Below are positions 41,790 through 53,336 of a stretch of 64,000 nt of DNA, in pieces (position 1 is the stretch's first letter; each line of letters begins with the position of its first letter). The stretch is from the NCBI RefSeq assembly GCF_006345805.1, contig NC_042999.1, positions 93,186,001 through 93,250,000 on the forward strand. Reading direction: 5' to 3'. The position numbers and the translations under genes are program-made. The DNA is from Octopus sinensis. Taxonomy: Eukaryota. The notes under the pieces were generated by a model that was not told the DNA's origin, did not search any database, and saw nothing but the letters and a program-made list of their open reading frames with translations.

Positions 41790-42023
41790 AACATCATTTA
41801 CATTATTTACATTTGACGGATATTTGTCCTCATCTTGTTTGTTGTTAACATAACGTTTCAGCTGAAATACCCTCCAGTCTTCATCAGGTGCCTTGGGGAA
41901 ATTTCGAACCTGGGTTTATTATTATTATTTTTATTATTATTATTATTATTCAGGTCACTGTCTGGAATCGAAATCGGAATCTTGGGGTTAGCAGCCTGCA
42001 CTCTTAACCACTACGCCATATGC
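41790..42023 (-). mobile_element. tRNA-headed SINE carrying a hammerhead motif in its 3' half
   Basis: Minus strand: GCATATGGCGTAGTGGTTAAGAG (A-box) ... GATTTCGATTCC (B-box-like) ... GTGACCTG, (AAT)n, CCCAGGTTCGAAATTTCCCCAAGG, HHR, then a TGTAAATAATGTAAAT tail. Confidence 0.75.
41846..41892 (-). ncRNA. Minimal hammerhead ribozyme inside a SINE
   Basis: GGCAC-CUGAUGA-AG(A)CUGGA/UUCAGCU-GAAA-CGUU-AUGUU; palindromic AACGUU stem III; first stem I pair is a C.A mismatch in this copy. Confidence 0.65.
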
Positions 42024-42100
42024 ACAGCAGTGGTTCTCATGGCTTCTGATCTTAACTGATTGGAAGTGTTATCATCTACATTGTTTTGTCTTGGTATATA

Positions 42101-42260
42101 GTTCAAATTCCGCCGAGGTCGACTTTGCCTTTCATCCTTTCGGGGTCGATAAATTAAGTACCAGTTACGAACTGGGGTCGATGTAATCGACTTAATACCT
42201 ATGTCTGTCCTTGTTTGTTCCCTCTGTGTTTAGCCCCTTGTGGGTAATAAAGAAATAGGT
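42101..42260 (+). mobile_element. SINE family A, 5'-truncated
   Basis: gttcaaattccgccgaggtcgactttgcctttcatcctttcggggtcgataaattaagtacc...gtaataaagaaataggta, nearly identical to 30681-30832. Confidence 0.9.
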
Positions 42261-42415
<155 letters not shown>

Positions 42416-42616
42416 CTATATATATGCATATATGCATATAATATGTGTGTATATGTGTGTGTATACACACACGCAAATATACATGACTGTATGTATATAA
42501 TAATGAATGAAAATATCTTTTCAGCGTAGCGCAGATATCATTCCAGTTTTACAATAAACAAAACAATATTATTTTTCTACGTGTGTCTCTTGCCTGAGAG
42601 AATGAGAGTGAGTGAG

Positions 42617-42621
<5 letters not shown>

Positions 42622-42683
<62 letters not shown>
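42622..42683. repeat. (AG)n microsatellite
   Basis: Direct reading. Confidence 0.95.
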
Positions 42684-42686
<3 letters not shown>

Positions 42687-44867
42687 TGATAGATGACATG
42701 ATGCTTTTTTCTGGAAACCTTGTAAACCGTATATCGATTGTCGACTGCTTTTCTGAATACTGACATAAGACTACTAGTATTAACGTTACATCATACGTTG
42801 GATATACCTTCTTGAGAAAAAAACAAGAGAGGACAATTGCTATGCAGATCATACTACCAAAACGGAACTTGCCAAATTTGCTGACTACCAGATTTCTAAG
42901 AATATTTTCCCTTGTAACTTAAAGATGCTAATACTTACCACAAATCAAATGCTCCATCATCTCAAAAAATGGACTTGTTTTCAATCAAGGAAATTTTTTT
43001 CTTGTACGTTATATGAGATACTCTTACATATTGTTGTTGATATTGTTCATATACACGTCACTGACCACCATAAGATATTTTGATTAACTCATTTTGGTAT
43101 CATAGTGTGTGTGTGTGTGTGCGTGCATGTGTGTATAAGTGTGTCTATACATACAAGTGTAAATAAATGTATATGCATATATATTCATGTATATGTGTAT
43201 ATATATAATATATATGTACAAATGTATGTATACATAATTATATATATATATATATATCAATAAGTATATTATCATATCTATATATATATATGTGTGTGTG
43301 TGTGTGTATGTATATGTGTGTATATACTTTGCTATTTTAACTGTGAAATCTGACCTTAGAAAGACAAAAGCAATATTTTCTGTCTCACTTTACTCTGATA
43401 TGTGTATTGTTCATCGGAGAAATACTATTAAACCATCTAAAATCATTACGCTATGAGAATGCCAATTTAATTGCAGACTTTAATGTTATCTAATAGTTGT
43501 CGCTTTAATAAAAGCATTCTTTCTATAAACCTCGCTCTATTTGTTCTGAATTAAATGTTGAAATATTTGAATAAACAATCCGATATCTCAAGAAGTCATT
43601 TAAACATTTGAATGTGAAAATAATTACGTCACAATCCGTTAGTTTTAGCCAAGACGAACGTGAATTAAAAATATTACAAAAGGATTTAAAAGACAATAAT
43701 TTCTAAAGCAATTTTCAATTTAAATTCTTGGTGTTTCTTCATCTCCGCAGTCATAATAGAGCAAACAAGTTTATTTATTGTTGTAGATTGTGGCACAGGA
43801 GAAACATTGAACGGTAAACATTTCATAATGTCAATGATAAGCAGATTTATAGTTCCCTTGATGAATATTTTATTTGCGTATCTATCAGATCTTCTCTCAT
43901 CTGTTTCACTTGCTTCTCCCCTGCTCTCCATCTCTTTCATTTGTTTCTTCCCTGCTCTTCATCTCTTTCACTTGCTTCTCCACCGCTCCTCATCTCTTCT
44001 TTTATCTCTCTCTATTTGAATACTAAGATAATCAGTATAAAAATAGGAGAAGAGGGAGGGGGATATAATGAGAAGGAGAACAGAAAGAAAATTAGCGGGA
44101 GATAGGAAGAGATATCAATATCCACTTCTATTTACATACACACTGAATACGGAAGGAATTTGTTCTCTTATTCCAACAAGATCGTCCATCAATGTTTACG
44201 TTTTGTCAGTCTGTGTATCATTCAAGAAGATTTACATTATTTTGAATATCTTTCTTTCTCTGAATAGAATCATAATATCTGTCTTCTCTGCCTGAACGTA
44301 GAGATAAAGAACAGCATTTACTACATAACATATAAATATATTCACTTTCACTTATTCTTCAGAGATTTAGATATTCGTTAATGAAATTATCAGTTTTCAC
44401 CCAAATGACTGAAAATCTCTTCTTCCAAATATATTGAGACTCACGCTGCAACCAAATTTCCAAAACAAGCATCACGATCTGGATTGCATTGAAATATTAT
44501 CAGTTGTCAGTCTCCATCTTTTCGTTGGCGATATTAGCGGCTCATATTCACAGAATTGTTAGATGCGATTTTAAGACGACCTGGACGTTATATCTAGTGA
44601 GATGTGCGACCATATAGGGCAACCTTTTAATTCCTTCACTCATTAGTTGAGAATGATATTCATTTTGTTATTTGAAGCTGTAATTTAGCAGTTAGAAGTT
44701 AAAATCACACGATAGGGTATTCTACACTTCACTCAATTTCATAGCTTACTACTGATACAAACGTACATATACGTCTATCATATATACGTACACATATGCG
44801 CGCATATATACGCCCGCACACATACACACACATACATACACACACGCACACGTAGATATGTATTTAG

Positions 44868-44960
44868 AGGCAGGCGTGGTTGTGTGATAAGGAATTTCCT
44901 TCCCCAACACATGGTTCCGGGTTCAGTCCTGTCCCACTAAGAGGCACTGCTTTGAGAAGC
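44868..44960 (+). mobile_element. SINE family B head fragment
   Basis: aggcaggcgtggttgtgtgataag...cacatggttccgggttcagtc matches the head of 11879-12042. Confidence 0.7.
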
Positions 44961-45184
44961 AGTACCAGACACACACACACACACGTTCTCTCTCTCACTC
45001 TCTCTCTCTCTCCCTATCTCTCTCACGCACACGGAGACACACGCGTGCACACATATTCCTACAGAATCCACACTCAAGGCTTTGATATGTATGTATAAGT
45101 ATGTATATCGATGTAAGCATGTATGTAAATGTATACATATTTATATATATATATACATATATATATATATGTATATTATCCAAA

Positions 45185-46400
45185 TTTTACAGTATTAAAT
45201 ATCCATCACAACTGATCTTACCAATCGGTTTCGCACAAAGAATACAATGGAATGTTAGGTAACAATCCAATTATGTAACTTTACGCTCATCAGAGATAGC
45301 TGATATGGAAGAAAATATGGCGGCTGCTCTCTATTGTCGGAGGTGGATTAGCACAACCGGTCAGTGGGTGCAGGGAAAAGAGTGGTGAAAAGAAAAAGTG
45401 TCCAGGGGATTGCGTTAGAAGTTATGTCCCTTGGTTGAGTATGCTGAGAAACTGGTAAGAGTTATCTTGAAGTGGGGAAAATTGTATACTATTAATGTGG
45501 TGTCACTGCGGTGGGTGTGGTGTCTGATATGGGGTTTGTGGTATGATAGCGGTGTCATACGTATAATTTTTTCCAGGGTCTAGGTATATATAGCTGTGTT
45601 CGTCGGACTGTTTCATTTTGTGTAAAATCGTGGGGTGGGATTATATCTGCATGCGGTGTGTAATGTGTAATATGTGTAAGGGTGGTCTGTGTGTATGTGG
45701 GGGGTATAATTTGCGTCAGGGGGTACGTGTTGGAGCTGGTGTGAGATAGTTATTTGCTTAGTGCGTGCCATATGAGAGTGTGCGTGTGTGTACATGTGTG
45801 TATTGGTGTGTGCTTTGGTCAAACTCTTTTTGCCAGGCTCAAGGGCATTGGTGTGTGTGTTTGTGGATGCATGTATATATGTCTACTTATGTTTATGTGT
45901 TTATGAGTGTTTACTTCCATACATGTGTGCACACTACTCTAAAATGGTGATGACTGTTTTATGAATTTCTTCTGCCTCAAGGTCTGCTTCCTGCATATCA
46001 CTCAACAGGCAAGATAGCTTGTTAGTTTTAATGACCCTAAAATATATATCTGGACTACTGCCTGTCTGTTTCCTTACACTCCTTCACACCAAGTTATGGC
46101 TGCAAACTAATTAAAATAGCTGTTGAAACAATAGAGTTGTTTTGACCTCTTTGCTCCCGGCATGCCTGGTATATATTTCTTTGATGGAATTGTTCCATTA
46201 CTTCACTGGTGTCTGATGTCAGAGAGATAAGTCTATAGTATTTTTGTAGCATTTGCTCTGTTTCCTCGTTTATGGATACGGCATATTATTCCCTCCTGCA
46301 ATTTGCCTGGCAGCTTGATACTCGCAAGGAATCTCTAAAACCTCCTTTGCATGGTTTGAGAAGGACTGCTGGAAATCCGTCAGGATCAGCAGCTGACCTC
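45185..46400 (-). mobile_element. Probable Penelope-like relic(s) ending in the hammerhead region
   Basis: Weak PLE-linker-like translation at about 46050-46330, a second decayed HHR-like motif at 45553-45610 (GUC-CGACGAA...GAAA..AUACGUAU-GAC), the canonical HHR, then a TA tail. May be two elements. Confidence 0.45.
45209..45302 (-). ncRNA. Type I hammerhead ribozyme with canonical catalytic core
   Basis: Stem I CAGCU-AUCU / AGAU-C-AGUUG; core CUGAUGA (plus-strand 45287-45293); stem II GCGUAAAG/CUUUGUGC extended by a long hairpin; GAAA (45229-45232); stem III ACC(GAUU)GGU; GUA triplet with predicted cut between 45219 and 45218. Confidence 0.85.
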
Positions 46401-46732
46401 ATCAATCGCCCGTGTTAAATCTTATATGATGTCGATGTAATAAAAATCAGTTGATACTGGTTCCCTTTTTATATATTGAGTAGTAAATATGTTTATTCAT
46501 TGTTTCACTTACATCTTTTGGTGTTCTTTTTGTACCTACAACACACCTAGAACAAACCCTGAGTCAGATCTATTTGGATATGTAAGTACATACTAAATTT
46601 GGTACTTACATATCTACATATCTGAGGTACACTACCATCACATGATACCTCATAGTCGTTAGCTAGCCAGTTCTGGCGTCCTACGAGTTGATGCACATAG
46701 ATTCGTTAAAAACTACGCGCATCAACTAACTC

Positions 46733-48207
46733 ATGTATGTATGTCATTATTCAGTTGATTTCACGATTTGTTGCCAATAGAGGAAGAACCGGTTTCTAAC
46801 CTAGATCGAAGGCTCCTTCGTTGAAATTTTTTGTCTGCATGTATGTATGTATGTATGTATGTATGTATGTATGTATGTATGTATGTATGTATGTATGTAT
46901 TTATGTATATATGAATGTATGTATGTATATATGTATGTATGAGTAGATTTGTATGTTTTATATATGTATTCTCATGCATATACTTTATATATAATTAAAT
47001 GATACACTTCTGGAAAGTTTTACAGACTTTTATAGTTCCTGTGATGGACTGGATCTGTAGTCATCGAATTAGCCTTTTCCATTCTAGTTTTGAGAAGCCT
47101 AATTTTTCAAGATTGGTATTTAGGCAGTATGTTACATATCCCAGGACCCCAATAATTACAGCTAGAAACCTGAACTTGTAAATTGGATAGAGTAACTGTA
47201 GATTTCTCAACAGTTCACCATAGGTGTTCTCGTATTAACTGATCTTTATGTTTACATCCGCTGGGCAGCTAATTTCCACAACAGTACACAGTTTCTCTTC
47301 TCTATTCCAAATCTTTATATCAAGTCTGTTTTGTTTACATTTTATTGAGGTTCTCACTGGTACATTCTACCACTATTCCTTTTAATTATGATGGCTATAG
47401 CTTCTACTATATCGTGGGCTCATAATCATTTGTCTTCGGGTTTATCCTTCCGACGGATTTCATTATAGAGTAGCCTAGCTACAACATCATGTCACATCGG
47501 TAGACAATACCGTGATAACATTTTCGGACAACTGTTTATGATGTGCGTGAGATTTTCAGTGTGAACTTCCACAAAGTCTGCATCGGTTGTCACATTTTAC
47601 TGCTTTTCCAGTATTTCTGTCCCTTTTGTGCATCACGCACCTGGTTGACATTTTTTGTTCCTGGATGGCAAGCGCATCTCCTTCAAAGTGGGAGGTAGTA
47701 ATCTGACTACTGCTCCATGTTAAACTGCTTTCACGATCGATGTTACTATCATCACGGAGCTTTCTATTGATATATCCATACAGAGTCTTCTGCTCATATA
47801 GGCTCATCCTTTCATCTCATGATACACTGCGGTAGAGTTGTGCGACTTCTTTGGGCATTAACCTAGGTTATCAGACCACGAGTGTTTCTCAAGGAGCTGC
47901 CTTCCAATTCTTATGGTGTTATCAGCCTCATGTATGCAAACTTGGTCAAGGGATGCACTTCGACGATTGGTGGTTAGAAAATATTGCCGAAGGGATATGA
48001 TGCGACATTCAAAGGCATTTTGGATTGATGTAAAGCCTATGCTGCCTTGTTATTGTTTTAGGTTGAGGCGGTCTACGTCACTGTTTTTGTGGAAATTATG
48101 TGTGCTTCTTAGTATTATTCGGGTTTTCACATCAATGGCTCGGATTTTACCGAGCATCCAGTTAAGCAGCCTACATGTTAGTATGAGTACTGGCACTGCA
48201 AACACAG
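46733..48207 (-). mobile_element. R4-like RLE non-LTR retrotransposon, family 3, 5'-truncated, ending in (ACAT)n
   Basis: FAVPVL...IRAIDVKTR...FHKNSDVDRL, LAIQEQ, CRLCG...THIINSCP, HDVVA, NRLDI, VEISCPADVN, ENTYGELL, C-terminal ITGTIKVCKTF. 3' UTR split by a (TATG)n tract at 46838-46980 and ends ...CTGAATAATG-ACATACATACAT. Confidence 0.85.
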
Positions 48208-48270
48208 GTATGTATGTCATTATTCAGTTTATTTCAAGATTTCTTGCCAATAGAGAAAGAACCGGTTTCT
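48208..48270 (-). mobile_element. Short 3'-terminal fragment of family 3 inserted head-to-tail
   Basis: 48215-48270 is a direct repeat of 46742-46797, again adjoining (ATGT)n. Confidence 0.75.
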
Positions 48271-48324
48271 TACATATATCCTACGTATGTATGTGTGTAT
48301 GTATGTATATACGTATGCATCTAT

Positions 48325-48356
<32 letters not shown>

Positions 48357-48357
48357 A

Positions 48358-48395
<38 letters not shown>

Positions 48396-49347
48396 CGTAT
48401 GTATGTATAAAATGAAAACGTTCGTAAATACACATAGGATGTGAACAGCACAACACCATTAGTTGATCTTCATTCTGGCGATGACGACACGATTGTCTAA
48501 AAGCATTAACTTATAAATGAGTATTGGAAATCTATTGTTGCGTATTAAATATGAATGGCCACATAGGAAATACGAAATATCCTCAACAGTAATCTTGAAC
48601 ATCGTTTTGTTTATATAACATGTATGAAAAAATAACCGTTCCTCATTTGTTTACACACACATACACACACGAACACGCACAAATCCACACATGGTCATGT
48701 TTGTGTATGTGTGCGTGAGTGTATTTACACGACCGCGTGTGTGAAATAATTATCATTTTGCTGTTATGCAATATTTGATACAGGTGTTCTTGATTTCCTG
48801 TTTTCTCTCAAATTCCCCACACTCAATGGCAAAAAGCAGGATAGTGACCTTATCATCGCCTTTATTTCAGCATTTAAATCTGTCATACACGTTGGTATCG
48901 TATACAATTTCTCCTCGTTTTCAGATCAGCAAGTCATGTCAGATAAGACTCTAAATGTCCTTCTTACCAACGGCCACTGCATCAAGCATGCTCTCCTGTA
49001 TTATTCTGTTGGTTAAGATTTTGAAGTCCCAAGATTACAGCAGGGCATCGTTTTCAAGAACTTCCATTTCTGTTTCCACAAATGGTCATAACAACGTTGT
49101 GCCATTCCAGTGATTTATAGCTGGAATTTTATAATGTCATCTACAATGTTGGTTCTAATCTTTAGCTAATTTCTTGCTCAGTCTGACAGGATGTGAGTTA
49201 CAGCCGAGTTGTGGAACATTCTTCATTTTGCTTAATAATCCTACTTCTCTATCAGTATCGTTAGCCATATGGCTTTTCTGCCCGTCTGTCAGTCTATCTA
49301 CATCTATCTACTTATCTATAAAAATGAATTTATGTAAACATACATAT

Positions 49348-49409
<62 letters not shown>

Positions 49410-49424
49410 GTGTGTGTGTGTGTG

Positions 49425-49805
49425 TGGAAGTGCAATATCCCAGTAGTTACGTCAGCGGACTCGCGGTCGTAGGATCGCGGTATCGATTTTCAGACAGGGC
49501 GTTGTGAGTGTTTTTTGGGCGAAAACACCTAAAGCTCCACAAAGCACCGGCAGGGGGTGGTGGTGAGCCCTACTGTACTCATTCACCACAACTTTCTCTC
49601 ACTCTTCCTTCCTGTTTCTGTTGTACCTGTATTTCAAAGGGTCAGCCTTGTCACACTCTTTATCATGCTGAATTTCCCGGAGAACTGCGTTAAGGGTACA
49701 CGTGTGTGGAGTGCTCGGTCAGTTGCACGTTAATTTCACTAGTAGTTTGTTCCGTTGATCGGATCAACTGGAACCCTCATTGTCGTAACTGGCGGAGTGC
49801 CACGA
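49425..49805 (+). mobile_element. tRNA-derived SINE, family C
   Basis: ggaagtgcaatatcccagtagtta...gcggactcgcggtcgtaggatcgcggtatcgattttcagac tRNA-like head; GC-richer body between microsatellites. Confidence 0.7.
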
Positions 49806-49827
49806 TATTCATACACACATACATAGA

Positions 49828-50003
<176 letters not shown>

Positions 50004-50740
50004 TTAGAAAGGAGAAGAGTGAAACACCGAAAGGTGGTTGATTTACAGAAACTGAAATCGAAAAGTGCTTCAGTGTGTGGAGGTGGGGATGCATTGGGAG
50101 AGAGGGGAAAAGAGAGACTGGGAGTGAGAGAGAAAGAGAGAAAGAAGGTTTGAAATTAGTGCACATAAAGGAATATATATATTTGTAAATTTGTTGATAC
50201 TTAGATACACATATAGACAGATTTATGGAACAAAAATGTGACAGATATAGATTTTATATCTGAGCTTTGTGTGAAAAAAACTATTTAAATCGTGTCGATT
50301 ACTTCAATGGAAACTCTGTATTGGAACCCACTGGGAGAATTATGCAGCTAATTAGAATAAAAATAGGTAATATACAAGTACTGTGGTATTATACAATGCA
50401 ATATTGATATAAGTACAAAAGGAATTCCAAACGATAAAAATACCCATAGAGATGTTTCAAAAAGATACGTTAGATATAAGAACAAATGTACCTGCATATG
50501 TATGTACAGAGATAAATACATAAATACATAAACGGATTCATAGATGATGGGCATACAAATATAAACGGAAACTCACACAGTCACACACAACTCACACACA
50601 TAAGTACATACGCATACACACATGCGCGCGTGCACACACACACACACACATATATATAATGTATAATATATAGGAAATAGTTTCTATAAATATCACTGCG
50701 AAATCGAATTGGAAGCACACAATGACTCGTGATGTACGTG

Positions 50741-50755
50741 TATCTATCTATCTAC

Positions 50756-50853
<98 letters not shown>
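50741..50853. repeat. (TATC)n microsatellite
   Basis: Direct reading. Confidence 0.95.
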
Positions 50854-51709
50854 GTATACACACATACACACAAGTATGTATGCATAATGTTATCTTAGAT
50901 AAACTGAAGCAAAATACGCAATCAATCACAGGCGCATGAAAACACGAACACAATAACACGCACACTCAAATATACACTCAAGCACAAATACACTAGTTTC
51001 TCCATTTCATATACACACGCGCACACACACATTAATATTTATGTTATATATTTCAGTTATTCCTTTGTGCTTTTGAAAATACAAAATCTGATCTAAAGAA
51101 TCGTCAGATGACAGAATTCTATATTTTAAGAGTTTCTTCACGTTTTTGTTTCTTTTGACAAATGCAACACATCTATTTTCGTTTCTATAGATTTTATTTC
51201 ACGTATTTAGCCAATCTATTGACATTGATGAATATTTGGCAGTGATTCTAGTGGGATGACTTCGATTGTTACCACGCCAATTTAAAAATTTCTGCGAATA
51301 AATTACACTCATTCGACTATATCCCATTCAAATGCATTTGCGACGTTGTTCTCAAGTTCAAAATCAGAAATTTTTATCACCAACTGAAAGCAGACATGAC
51401 TATTACTAGAGAAAAAAAAACAGTTATGTAAGTTCGTTTCTGCTAAAAGTTTGTGGGATTTGGTTCCACATTCTATTTCACTTCCAAAGACAACTCTGTG
51501 TGTAGTTCGTGTTATGGATTCGATTTGTATGAGCACCAATTGATTTACTAGGTCTAGTATTTGCAAATAGAAGCAAACAGGATATGATATTATCGGATTG
51601 GTTTTAATCATTTAATGAAATAGTTTTCATTATTTAGTGTCTATGTCAATTGCAAGCGTACAATTGTGCATTTCATGCAGAAGAGAAGAACACTTCTACG
51701 GATGGAGCA

Positions 51710-51870
51710 AGTAGATACAATTGATCAGACATTTTTGTTGGTACTTTATTTCATCGACACCGAAATTGTGAAAGCAAATTGATAAGTGTGTTATCTAAAC
51801 TCAGAGTGTAAAAGTCCGTACCAAACACTGCAAAAAATTTCCCCACAAACTAGACAAGTTCTGTTAAATC
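51710..51870 (-). mobile_element. Diverged SINE family A copy
   Basis: tggtactttatttcatcgacaccgaaattgtgaaagcaaattga...aactcagagtgtaaaag matches the family A reverse complement. Confidence 0.5.
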
Positions 51871-51898
51871 AGTTAGCATTTGATGATAAAATAAACTA

Positions 51899-52789
51899 CG
51901 AGGGGTACCCAAAAGAAACCGGAATTTGCAATTTTATCTTATTCACTTAGTTTTACGTATTTACACCTTTTTCGCCTTCAAAAATTTTTTTTCTATTTGA
52001 AGTAATGAATCAGTTGAGACTCGATTTCCACTGTTCGAAGCAGTCTTGTAACTCTTGCGAAGTAATGCCTTACAACGCCTCCGGCGTTTTTAACTTTACC
52101 TCTTGCACATCTGCAAATTCCATTAGCACCAGATTTCATCACCAGTCATGACTTTCGAAAAACGATCCCGATCAATTTCTAAATGTTCTTTCAGTTCACG
52201 GCACGCATTCATTCGTGACAGATTTTGATCTTCTGCGTGCAAGCGAGGCACAAATTTTGCTGCATCTCTTTTCATTCGCAATTCCCCGCTCAAAATTAGG
52301 TAGCAGGAGCTCCAATCATATCAACATGTTGGTCATTTGTTCAGTGACGGTTCTTCAAGCTCGGTTCATGAATGTTCATGATGTCTTCATTCGTTCGGGA
52401 GTTCGACAGCCATTCTTCACGAGGTTGGCATTCAAGCGGCAAGTGACCATTCTTAAAGTGTAACAACCACCCGTCAACTTGTATTTTGCTCTTGCCAGCA
52501 TCCTTTGTAAGCTGTTTGAAACATGAGAACTGTTTCGGCTGCCGTTTTCCCCAGCAGGAAACAAAATTTCTCGGATAAACGCTGTTCCTTTGTTTCAGTC
52601 ATTGCAAAAATCATCGAACAAGAAATACTAAAAAACAAACATGCACCACGTAGCTGTACGACTTCACTCGATGACGACCGTCAGTTGATGGATGCCTGAT
52701 GGTTGCATCAACCGGCTTTTAGCGGCGGAAACCTGAACTACAAGCTTGTCCCCTAGAGAAGGTTTCTTGCTACTTGTGGGTACCACACG
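51899..52789 (-). mobile_element. Internally deleted mariner DNA transposon
   Basis: Imperfect TIRs TA|CGAGGGGTACCCAAAAG and CTTGTGGGTACCACACG. Minus-strand EQR...KFCFLLGKTAAETVLMFQTAYK (N-terminal HTH) and LQDCFEQWK (C-terminus); catalytic core mostly absent. Confidence 0.8.
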
Positions 52790-52901
52790 TGTATACACAC
52801 ACGCGCACACACACACACAAACACACACACATCAGAAGAAAATGCAAGTGGAATTTGGGAAGTTAAAAGTTGCTTATTATTAACAGCAAATTAATCATCT
52901 G

Positions 52902-53130
52902 CACTTACACCTGTTGCAATTAATACTCAGTAAATATTAAGTAAATATCAAATATATATTTATATGACCTGAGAATAATACCTTCAGAGGGAAAAGATAT
53001 ATACCCATGGGTGTTTCATATGTGTTTATGGATTCATTATAACAGACTGAATGGTATAAAAATGAACATGTATAAAGCATCTAAGGGTATATTTTTTCCC
53101 TCTGAAGATATGCTCAGGTAATATGAATAT
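52902..53130. repeat. About 85-bp-arm inverted repeat (52955-53130) built from decayed hammerhead-bearing sequence
   Basis: ACCTGAGAATAATACCTTCAGAGGGAAAAGATATATACCC versus GGGTATATTTTTTCCCTCTGAAGATATGCTCAGGT. The minus strand of 52902-52991 folds as a decayed HHR. Confidence 0.65.
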
Positions 53131-53256
53131 AAAGTATATGTTTCTATATATACAGCTATTTTTTAAGGAAATTAATCCCCACCAAATACTAGGTATTGAA
53201 CCAGTATTTGCTTGGATGAAACTACCCCTTCATGAGGTTAACACAACCTCAAATTG

Positions 53257-53257
<1 letters not shown>

Positions 53258-53332
<75 letters not shown>
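53258..53332. repeat. (TA)n microsatellite
   Basis: Direct reading. Confidence 0.95.

Positions 53333-53336
<4 letters not shown>

Noticed and set aside
41951-42023. Possible tRNA-Ser(GCT) gene on the minus strand
   Set aside because: Acceptor and anticodon stems pair poorly and there is no long variable arm; better explained as a SINE head.
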